64,000 nt of DNA. It comes from Candidatus Saccharibacteria bacterium UBA4387. Lineage in GTDB: Bacteria > Patescibacteriota > Saccharimonadia > Saccharimonadales > Saccharimonadaceae. The notes under the pieces are model-generated. The model saw nothing but the letters and a program-made list of their open reading frames with translations. It was not told the DNA's origin and did no database searches. Made by a program: the position numbers and the translations under genes. Below are positions 56,572 to 64,000 of the stretch, piece after piece. The stretch lies in contig DGRN01000010.1 in assembly GCA_002391075.1 (NCBI GenBank), positions 20,738 to 84,737 of the forward strand. Reading direction: 5' to 3'. Position 1 is the first letter of the stretch; the number at the start of each line of letters is the position of its first letter.

Positions 56572-57422
56572 TGATTAATCAAAAACTTCTCGTATCAGGC
56601 GCAGATTTTTTCGCCGACGATTTCAAAATCAACCCATATTATTCCCAAACTACCATTAATCTCGAAAACGCCAAGCGCGAGCACGCCACCCTCATCAACT
56701 GTTTCAAGCAAGCCAATATCGAAATCGTCAAAGTTGATCCACCAAAAGACTGCCAAGACGGCGTCTATACCGCCAACTGGGCGCTCGTCCGCAACGGCCT
56801 TGCCGTCATGTCTAGTCTGCCGCAAGCCCGCAAAGCCGAAGAACCCTACGCTGAACAAATTTTGCGCGAGCAGGGCATAAAAACTTTGCACGTTCCCGAT
56901 GGCCTCCTATTTTCTGGTCAAGGTGACGCCCTCATTTGCGGCGACTATCTTTTTGCCGGCTCTGGCTACCGCTCCGACCCAGCGGCGCAACAATTCGCCG
57001 CCGAAACCCTCGGTCTCAAACTCATCCAGCTCCACGCCATCCCACAAACCAACCCAGACGGCACGCCACACATCAACCCAGAAACAAACCACGCCGACAG
57101 CTTCTTCTATGATCTCGACCTCGCACTCAGCGTCATCGACGACCACACCATCGCCTACTGCCCAGAAGCCTTCGACGAAGCATCGCGCTCAAAGCTCGAA
57201 TCCATCCCGGACCTCGACAAAATTCTCGTCGACCAGCAAGAATGCACCGATGGTTTCGCCTGCAATCTCGTCAGCACCGGCAAAACCGTCATCATGTCCG
57301 CTCGCGCCCCAAAGCTCCAATCCGCCCTCGAAGCACGCGGCCTCAAATGCCTCACTCCAGAAATCAAAGAGCTCAAAAAGGGCGGGGGATACATCCGCTG
57401 TATCAGCCTCTGGCTCAGCTAA
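56571..57422 (+). CDS. Amidinotransferase / DDAH / arginine-deiminase-fold (guanidino-group modifying) enzyme
   Basis: 283 aa. The C-terminal GGGYIRC holds a catalytic-Cys motif typical of the fold. The start overlaps the upstream stop (TAATG). Confidence 0.65.
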   Translation: MINQKLLVSGADFFADDFKINPYYSQTTINLENAKREHATLINCFKQANIEIVKVDPPKDCQDGVYTANWALVRNGLAVMSSLPQARKAEEPYAEQILREQGIKTLHVPDGLLFSGQGDALICGDYLFAGSGYRSDPAAQQFAAETLGLKLIQLHAIPQTNPDGTPHINPETNHADSFFYDLDLALSVIDDHTIAYCPEAFDEASRSKLESIPDLDKILVDQQECTDGFACNLVSTGKTVIMSARAPKLQSALEARGLKCLTPEIKELKKGGGYIRCISLWLS

Positions 57423-57445
57423 TCCCGTCTCCAAAACGCTCACGC

Positions 57446-57476
57446 TTGCATTCATCCCGCGCACTCGTTGTATAAT
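57446..57476 (+). promoter_or_regulatory. Promoter of non-coding unit 1
   Basis: TTGCAT (57446-57451), 19-nt spacer, TGTATAAT (57469-57476). Confidence 0.5.
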
Positions 57477-57483
57477 TATTGCA

Positions 57484-57705
57484 GCTCCCATGTGCGCGAA
57501 GAATTCTTCGTCCCGCGGGGGTGCTCCTGTCTAATGGCCTTGCCTCTGCTTTATATATATTTGGCGACCACGTCCCGCCAATCATTCAAACCTCTTCATC
57601 GTTTTCCATCACCTTGACCCCTCGCGGGCCTATTCGTGTGAACGATTCCGCAGGGGCAGGCCATTTTTAAATCCGGCACCCGCACAAGGGTGCCTTTTTC
57701 TTTTT
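57484..57705 (+). ncRNA. Candidate structured RNA, about 220 nt, unknown class
   Basis: A promoter lies at 57446 and the intrinsic terminator is GGCACCC-gcacaa-GGGTGCC + TTTTTCTTTTT (57675-57705). Long-range helices 57512-22/57617-28 and 57536-49/57650-62. No credible ORF. Confidence 0.4.
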
Positions 57706-57724
57706 CAACACATCACCCTAATGC

Positions 57725-57754
57725 TTGCACTAAACGAAGTAGACATGCTACACT
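57725..57754 (+). promoter_or_regulatory. Promoter of non-coding unit 2
   Basis: TTGCAC (57725-57730), 18-nt spacer, TGCTACACT (57746-57754). Confidence 0.45.
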
Positions 57755-57761
57755 CTAAATA

Positions 57762-58098
57762 CACTCAGAGCGGCACGCAAACACCTTTGCATACCACCGG
57801 CAACCCCTATGCCACCTCTGAGCGAACCTTATTAGCTCTGTCTCTATCGGCATTCTATCGGCACGCGCTTCACCATGCCGTCCAGGCGTGACGGCCTAAC
57901 CCACATGGCACCACCAACCTTACGTACGCAAAAGCCTACCACCAGCAATTCCGCCGCTTTGCGGCACACGTATCCGTTCTTTCGCGAAGGTCGCGAACTA
58001 GCCCAACCGCATACCGCACAATCATTAAGCGCACCCATGCCACTATTAGAGGCAGAGCACCCACCACTCACAGAGGCGCCCAACGGACGCCTCTTTTT
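57762..58098 (+). ncRNA. Candidate structured RNA, about 340 nt, unknown class
   Basis: Bounded by the promoter at 57725 and the terminator GAGGCG-cccaacgga-CGCCTC + TTTTT (58073-58098). Several hairpins (57877-57895, 57953-57965, 57981-57997). Only SD-less ORFs. Confidence 0.35.
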
Positions 58099-58174
58099 CA
58101 ATCCCAAAATATCCACCTAGAACGGCCAAAACCTTTATGTTATAATTAAGCAAAAGCGAGTAGGAGTTATATTT

Positions 58175-61100
58175 ATGGGTATTCGACGGAAGTCAAAGTT
58201 TTTAAGGCGGCTTTTTGCCGCTATTTTTATTACAATTCTAAGCGGCTTTTCTATTACGGCTATCATTCAGGCCAACAATAAAACCAGCGCACTCGCAGAA
58301 GTCAGCAGCGACGTTTGGAATCTTAGCCTCAGCTTCTACGATAGTACCGTCGACAACGGCAACACGGAACTTACGCAACAAACTTGGAGCGTGCCAGTCG
58401 ACCAAACATACAGCGGTGCCCGCACATTCACTATCCAGACAAACTACTCAGCAAACATCGTCGATAAAACATACAACCCTAAAGAGCTCCAAATCAAGCT
58501 CGAGCTTCCTATTCGCCCAGGTTACTCAACTAGAAGACAATACACAACAACCAACGCTCTCGGCCAAGAATGGACCGACTCTGCATTCCTCTGGCTCGAC
58601 AGTTATAACGTCTCCGCTAAACCCCTAAATGGCACTTCTACCATTGATTACGATTGGGAATATGAATGCCCAAGCGGTCAAAACTACTGCCTCTTTAGAA
58701 ATCTCAAGCCCATCGAAAAAGACGATAGCCTCCAAGGAAGTTTCCAGGTAACATTGCAGTTCCATATTAATGGCGGGGTCAACGGTGCTCCGTTCTTCGA
58801 AGAAACCTTCCATGAAGAATTAGCATACGAAGGCGTGGCTACCCTCAATAATACAGTCAGAAGCAATCCTATTAATATACACCTCTCTAAAGACACTGCT
58901 GTCGAATGGAAAAAACGCAATTATATCGTCAAGACCGCCCCGCGCAAACTCGACTCTCTCGATGGCTTCAATGTCGCCAACGCAAACGACTACACTTGGG
59001 TTCATTATGTCTATTATGGCGCCAGCGTAAACAAAAAAACCGATACTCAAACCACTGCCCCTTACGAAGCCCCCTACACGCCAGAAACCGGCCCCGAAAA
59101 CTATGTGTATGCACAAAGAAACCACTACATCCCCATAAAAGACTGGCGTTGGGAAGATACTTTCAGCGACGACGCTCTTGTCTTCAATTCAGACAAACAG
59201 CCAATGACCAAAAATAATGAGGGCAACTACATCATCTCCTCGTCTCCAGCAAAGACCACTTCTTATTGTAGAATTACAAACAACTCCAGCGTCTATGTCT
59301 TCAACACCTGTTACGAAATCTACGTCGCATTTCCAAAAGATAAGTTTAACGAAACACTAGGGATTGATAAAGTCAAAGTCAAAAATACTGTTTATTCCCG
59401 CGGCACTTATTTCCTATCCGACCAGGAAGAACTGCTTGATGAAAACTCGGCAGAAATTGATCTTCGTAATTTTGCGCTTAGCTACGAAGGTAACTCTGTT
59501 AGTATTTCAAAAGCCCTTAATACCGCAAATGCTTATGGCAACATCAATTATGCAACCTATCAGAGTCTCCGCACAAAAGCTGGCGCTTCCTTCTACTACG
59601 ACATTCATGTTAGCGCTCTAAATCTTGGCTCCGAGCCATACGATTTAGTAATTGGCGACGATATCGCTTTCTATCAAGACCGAACCACTGGCGCCGTCAC
59701 TAAATTTAACGACGATGAACACTCCTTCACTCGCATTAGAGCACCATACGAGCTCGTTGCCGCCAACGGAGAAGATTTTACCTGCGCAAACTACGACGTG
59801 GAGGTCTACTACCGACTCGGCGGCGAATCTGATTACCGCAGACTCGACGTCACCGGCAATCACGCCCACCCATGCGGCAGATGGATAGAAGGTATCTATA
59901 CTATGCAACCAACCTGGAATCTACCAGACAATAGCGTTGCTTGGAAGATCGTAATCAAGAACCTCGACAAGGGTATCGCAGATTATCCTATCTTCACCGT
60001 AGCAAACTATCACTCCCAAAACGTGCCGCAATACGGCGAACTGTACAACTTCTCCTATGCAGAAGTGCAACGCAATGGACAAACCTTAAACGTCGTTCCT
60101 TTTGAATCGTACGCCTCCGAACTAACACAGGAAAACCTTGCACCATACGACCAAGCCACATACGGACACTACCAACAGCGTGCTTTCCATGAATATAGCT
60201 ACGACATACGCCCGGTTGCACCTATCCTAAATGTTGCAACGGGCGGCCCAAGTCTCGACAGCCAATCGATTGCATATAATGCCTCTACCGATGGCTACGA
60301 GGGCATGCTCAAAGATAACGCGTATATTACTCAACAATCTTCAGATAAGGAACTAAATTTTGACGTCCTTCGTCAAGATCTTACAGAAGCAGATCTAACT
60401 ACCGAATGGACCCAATATATCCTTTTGCCGCCTGGAGTTACCGTTGCTTCAACCCCAGAAGAAATCGCTAATAGCGCCTCTGCCGAACCAACTTTTGAGT
60501 ATCTCTACAATTTAGACGGCACAAGAGTCTTCAATACCAAATTCGCCCTACGCGACTACGTCAAAACACATACTCAAGTCAGCGTAATAAAGAACTGGCG
60601 CAATAGCGGCCAAGAACTCATCCGTACTCACATCGACTTTTCCGAAAAACCATTCTTTGCACACTTGGCAAATTATTCGGGCAGCATTTCTTCGTTCAAT
60701 ATTAAGATTCGCATCCCATACGACGTCTATGCCGAAAACGAGGCAACGGATCCAGGCCATAAATATCCTCTAAAGACTGTTGTCGCAAACGACGATAGCT
60801 ATAAGCTCGGCACAACCAATATTATTTGGAGCCCAACGCCAGACGACGGCACCTTCTTCGGCAATGCTGCCTATGCAGATGTCGACGAGGACGAAAGCAC
60901 TGAGGATATCTTCTATACAAGAGATGACGATTTCTCGATTCTCACTGCCGTCGCAGCAGAGCAATCCATCAAAGCCACAACACAAACCGACCAGAATAAC
61001 ACCTACACGACAGAAGATTCCTACGCCACCGCCGGCAGCGAATATTATCACAAGCTCGCCATCCGTACTGGTAATAGTAAGGCTACCAACGTCGTTGTAT

Positions 61101-64000
61101 ACGATGTCATTGAAGCCGCCTTCGGCAACAATGAGCACTGGCAAGGCGAATTCCTCGGCATCGACACCAGCTATGTCGAAACTCAAAACGACGCTAATGG
61201 CAATCCTATTCATATCAAAACCTATTACTCACCAAACACCAATCCTGGCTCACTAACCTCGGATAATAGCTGGCAAGAGTATATCGAGGGAACCACTGAT
61301 CCTTCTCTCGTCAAATCTATCGCTTTCAAATACGTTGACGCTAACGGCGACCCAACAACCGTTCCGGCCAATAGTTACGTATATACACTCCTTCGCATGA
61401 AAGCCCCGGCCGACAATCCAAGCACCGCTTTTGCATACAACAACTTCCGTACCGAATGGAACGCCATCGATCAAAACTCCGGTATGCCGGTCCCGCAAAT
61501 TGAAGGCATCTCTTCTAATACTACGCGCGTTCAAATCGACCATCTCTTCGACATCCACGTCGTTAAGCAGTGGGATGATTTCAACAACAAATATAATACT
61601 CGCCCAAGCACCATCACGCCAAAACTCACTCGCGATATCGAGACTATCGATCACAGCTCGTCTATCAATATCGCCAACGGCGAGAGCACTCTTGATTATC
61701 ATAATTTGCACGAGTACTATCGCGATCAATACGACGTCACGCTCGACTCCATCCCGCTCTACACAACCACTCGCAGCTACGATAGCGACACTCTCACCTA
61801 CACCTTCAAGAGCGTCCTCAACACCGACAAAATCAAAGTCGTAAACATCTGGAACGACAAAGACAACGCCTACGGCATGCGCCCAGGCACTGTCGATTAC
61901 AACCTCGTTTACAACAACGCAACCGATAGCACACATCAGCTCAACGTCACCGGCAACACCGACAATTTCGACTTCGAAGGCATTCCTGCACACCTCATAA
62001 AGCAACATTCTGTCGCGCTAAAGCAAAACGTACCGAACTACACGACCACGCTCGAAGTTAGCGAAGACGGCAAAACGTACACCTTTACGCACACACTTAC
62101 CGCCACCTTCGATATCACCGTCAAGCACATCTGGATCGACAACAACAACATCAATAATCTCCGCCCAGCCAGCGTTGAGTACACCCTCACGAAGGAAGAA
62201 GAAACCGACAATACTCTTACCATCTCTGCCGCCACCAACGGCCAGGATAAATTCGCCTCACTGCCACTCCTCGACGAAGAAAAGTACTCCGTCAACGACG
62301 TTGTCATTCCACACTACACGACGACTAAAGCTTACGACCAAAGCACTCATACCTACACTTTCACCAGCACGCTTTCGGACACCTTCGACATCAATGTCGA
62401 ACACGTCTGGATTGATAACAACAACGCCTACGGCTACCGCCCAGACAGCGTCGAATATACCCTCAAGAAAGAGCAGGCCACAGAAGCAACCCTCACCTTA
62501 GACAACACCGACGCCAGTGACAGCTTTACCGGCCTCCTGCTTCTTGACGAGTCGAAATATTCCGTCCCAGATGTCACCGTCCCGCACTACACGACCACCA
62601 AGGCCTACGACTCCACAACCCACACTTACACCTTTACGCATACTCTCTCTGAGCAATTCAAGATCACCATCAAACACGAGTGGAAGAATGACGAAAATAA
62701 CGCTCGCAACCTCCGCCCGAGCAGCGTAGATTACACGATCAAGGAAACTGGCGCCACCGACCACACGCTCACGCTCGACGCAATCGATACCCAGAATGAA
62801 CTCGCTAATCTCGACCTCCTCGATTATGACAAGTATTCCGTCAACACCAACGTCACCGTCGACCATTACCGCCTCGACAGCGCAACCTGCGAAACTCCAG
62901 CCAATACTCATGACTTGGTTTGTACCTTCGTTTATTCGCTCGAGGACAACCTAGACATTCATGTCAAACACATCTGGGTAGATAACAACAACGCCTACGG
63001 CTACCGCCCAAGCAGCCTAGATTACGAACTCCAAAAGAGCAACGCAACCGATCAGACCAAGACTTCCAGCGCCAACTGGACCGCAGATTTCGTCAACCTT
63101 CACGCTCCAGATGAAGCCGAATACTCGGTCGCCGACGTCACTGTCCCGCACTACACGACCACCAAGACCTACGACTCCACTACCCATACCTACACATTTG
63201 AGAGCACACTCTCAGACAAGTTCAATATCATCATCAAGCACGAATGGCGCAACGACAACAACAACGCTCGCAACCTCCGCCCGAGCAGCGTAGATTACAC
63301 GATCAAGGAAACTGGCGTCGCCGACCACACGCTCACGCTAGCTGCAACCAACACCCAGAATAGCATCACAGACCTCAATCTCCTCGACGCGGCCAAATAT
63401 TCCGTCCCGATCGACGTCACTGTCGACCATTACCATCTCGACAGCGCAACCTGTACTACCGATCAAACCACCCATAACCAAACCTGCACCTTTATCTATT
63501 CGCTCGAAGACAACCTAGACATTCATGTCCAGCACATCTGGATCGACAACAACAACGCTTACGGCTACCGTCCAAGCAGCCTAGATTATGAACTTACCAA
63601 GTCCGGCACGACCGACCAGACCAAGACTTCCAGCGCCAACTGGACTGCAGACTTCGTCAATCTCCACGCGCCAGACGAAGCACAATACTCCGTCAGCGAT
63701 GTCACCGTTCCACACTACACAACCACCAAAGATTACGACCAGAGCACTCATACTTACACCTTCACCAGCACGCTCTCAGACACATTTAATTTCACAGTCA
63801 AACACATTTGGATCGACGAAGACAACGTTCGCGACCTTCGTCCAGCCGGCGTCGAATACACCCTAACAAAGAGCAACACAACCGCAGACACTAAGACTCT
63901 TGCCGCCACCAACGCCGAAGACTCCTTCACTAACCTCAATCTCCTTGACGAAAATCTCTACGCAGTCTCAGACGTTACCGTCCCGCACTACGCCACAGAG
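58175..64000 (+). CDS. Second giant surface adhesin, paralogue of 5778..11774 (3' end outside window; at least 1942 aa)
   Basis: TAGGAG lies 8 nt before ATG 58175. Frame 2 stays open to the window end (hand-translated; absent from the ORF track because there is no stop). The signal peptide LFAAIFITILSGFSITAII and many blocks are shared with the first adhesin (EHWQGEF, DNSWQEYIEGTT, SIAFKY). A CnaB array starts at about 61547. Confidence 0.88.
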   Translation, partial: MGIRRKSKFLRRLFAAIFITILSGFSITAIIQANNKTSALAEVSSDVWNLSLSFYDSTVDNGNTELTQQTWSVPVDQTYSGARTFTIQTNYSANIVDKTYNPKELQIKLELPIRPGYSTRRQYTTTNALGQEWTDSAFLWLDSYNVSAKPLNGTSTIDYDWEYECPSGQNYCLFRNLKPIEKDDSLQGSFQVTLQFHINGGVNGAPFFEETFHEELAYEGVATLNNTVRSNPINIHLSKDTAVEWKKRNYIVKTAPRKLDSLDGFNVANANDYTWVHYVYYGASVNKKTDTQTTAPYEAPYTPETGPENYVYAQRNHYIPIKDWRWEDTFSDDALVFNSDKQPMTKNNEGNYIISSSPAKTTSYCRITNNSSVYVFNTCYEIYVAFPKDKFNETLGIDKVKVKNTVYSRGTYFLSDQEELLDENSAEIDLRNFALSYEGNSVSISKALNTANAYGNINYATYQSLRTKAGASFYYDIHVSALNLGSEPYDLVIGDDIAFYQDRTTGAVTKFNDDEHSFTRIRAPYELVAANGEDFTCANYDVEVYYRLGGESDYRRLDVTGNHAHPCGRWIEGIYTMQPTWNLPDNSVAWKIVIKNLDKGIADYPIFTVANYHSQNVPQYGELYNFSYAEVQRNGQTLNVVPFESYASELTQENLAPYDQATYGHYQQRAFHEYSYDIRPVAPILNVATGGPSLDSQSIAYNASTDGYEGMLKDNAYITQQSSDKELNFDVLRQDLTEADLTTEWTQYILLPPGVTVASTPEEIANSASAEPTFEYLYNLDGTRVFNTKFALRDYVKTHTQVSVIKNWRNSGQELIRTHIDFSEKPFFAHLANYSGSISSFNIKIRIPYDVYAENEATDPGHKYPLKTVVANDDSYKLGTTNIIWSPTPDDGTFFGNAAYADVDEDESTEDIFYTRDDDFSILTAVAAEQSIKATTQTDQNNTYTTEDSYATAGSEYYHKLAIRTGNSKATNVVVYDVIEAAFGNNEHWQGEFLGIDTSYVETQNDANGNPIHIKTYYSPNTNPGSLTSDNSWQEYIEGTTDPSLVKSIAFKYVDANGDPTTVPANSYVYTLLRMKAPADNPSTAFAYNNFRTEWNAIDQNSGMPVPQIEGISSNTTRVQIDHLFDIHVVKQWDDFNNKYNTRPSTITPKLTRDIETIDHSSSINIANGESTLDYHNLHEYYRDQYDVTLDSIPLYTTTRSYDSDTLTYTFKSVLNTDKIKVVNIWNDKDNAYGMRPGTVDYNLVYNNATDSTHQLNVTGNTDNFDFEGIPAHLIKQHSVALKQNVPNYTTTLEVSEDGKTYTFTHTLTATFDITVKHIWIDNNNINNLRPASVEYTLTKEEETDNTLTISAATNGQDKFASLPLLDEEKYSVNDVVIPHYTTTKAYDQSTHTYTFTSTLSDTFDINVEHVWIDNNNAYGYRPDSVEYTLKKEQATEATLTLDNTDASDSFTGLLLLDESKYSVPDVTVPHYTTTKAYDSTTHTYTFTHTLSEQFKITIKHEWKNDENNARNLRPSSVDYTIKETGATDHTLTLDAIDTQNELANLDLLDYDKYSVNTNVTVDHYRLDSATCETPANTHDLVCTFVYSLEDNLDIHVKHIWVDNNNAYGYRPSSLDYELQKSNATDQTKTSSANWTADFVNLHAPDEAEYSVADVTVPHYTTTKTYDSTTHTYTFESTLSDKFNIIIKHEWRNDNNNARNLRPSSVDYTIKETGVADHTLTLAATNTQNSITDLNLLDAAKYSVPIDVTVDHYHLDSATCTTDQTTHNQTCTFIYSLEDNLDIHVQHIWIDNNNAYGYRPSSLDYELTKSGTTDQTKTSSANWTADFVNLHAPDEAQYSVSDVTVPHYTTTKDYDQSTHTYTFTSTLSDTFNFTVKHIWIDEDNVRDLRPAGVEYTLTKSNTTADTKTLAATNAEDSFTNLNLLDENLYAVSDVTVPHYATE
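61547..64000 (+). repeat. CnaB-like domain array including a 564-bp two-domain higher-order duplication
   Basis: K-[HQ]-[IVE]-W-x-D-x-NN-x(3)-RP-x-S units occur every 90-99 aa. Units 62660-63223 and 63224-63787 are near-identical. Confidence 0.85.

Noticed and set aside
57762-58098. Assignment of non-coding unit 2 as RNase P RNA or tmRNA, and of unit 1 as 6S or SRP RNA.
   Set aside because: I could not find GAGGAAAGUCC or ACAGAAnCCGGCUUA-type P4 elements, a tRNA-like GGUUCGAnUCC...CCACCA end, the SRP domain IV GGAA/AGCAG motifs, or a rod-like 6S fold on either strand. I left both units unclassified.

Overview
This is a gene-dense 64-kb chromosomal segment, about 50% GC by eye, with roughly 45 protein genes, 3 tRNAs and no rRNA, CRISPR array or intact mobile element. 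I infer a reduced-genome, Gram-positive-type bacterium, probably Patescibacteria/CPR and Saccharibacteria-like. That is not proven. It rests on the gene repertoire, the giant CnaB-type adhesins, the many orphan genes and the frequency of leaderless genes.

Housekeeping genes I recognise:
- queA, tgt and an AI-2E transporter
- cysS, ppa
- a tightly coupled gap-rpiB-rpe-PfkB kinase-LOG operon
- a GDPD phosphodiesterase, dnaE, a DHFR-like gene and a TlyA/FtsJ-like methyltransferase
- a DagK-type lipid kinase and an HExxHxxGxxH metalloprotease
- a MacB-type ABC pair, tsaD, a DegT-type aminotransferase, valS and a HIT protein
- tRNA-Ser(GGA), tRNA-Ser(CGA) and tRNA-Arg(GCG)

Accessory or unusual content:
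1. Four surface proteins. Two are giant paralogous adhesins on opposite strands at the two ends of the window. The second (58175 to the window end) and the first partial CDS (3-707) are missing from the ORF track because they run off the edges. All three visible C-termini carry the same non-LPXTG sorting signal, [NV]PNT[AL]D[SG], followed by a TM helix and a basic tail.
2. A three-gene orphan operon (45529 to 38913, minus strand) encoding 112-, 722- and 1358-aa proteins. These share a roughly 90-aa domain present three times, plus MPSIDVP motifs. This is my best candidate for an undescribed system.
3. A module of two zinc-ribbon membrane paralogues plus an SPFH/virion-core-like protein, resembling YdjG/YdjI.
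4. A compositionally atypical island around tRNA-Ser(GGA), with a duplicated tRNA 3' end and a two-gene cassette behind a long structured leader.
5. A palindrome, TGTTGTAA-N3-TTACAACA, present five times in two arrays with exact 32-bp phasing.
6. Two promoter-to-terminator non-coding units (about 220 and 340 nt) with strong helices.
7. A Mur-ligase central-domain-only pseudoenzyme translationally coupled to an amidinotransferase-fold enzyme.

Window-wide, the + strand carries about twice as much C as G regardless of gene orientation. Synonymous codon choice therefore depends on strand. Many genes have a TGnTATAAT element only 6-9 nt upstream of the ATG, so they are leaderless or nearly so.

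All calls come from reading the sequence and from remembered family signatures. No database search was run. Track ORF starts include GTG/TTG rendered as M, and I re-picked several starts using SD sequences or -10 elements.
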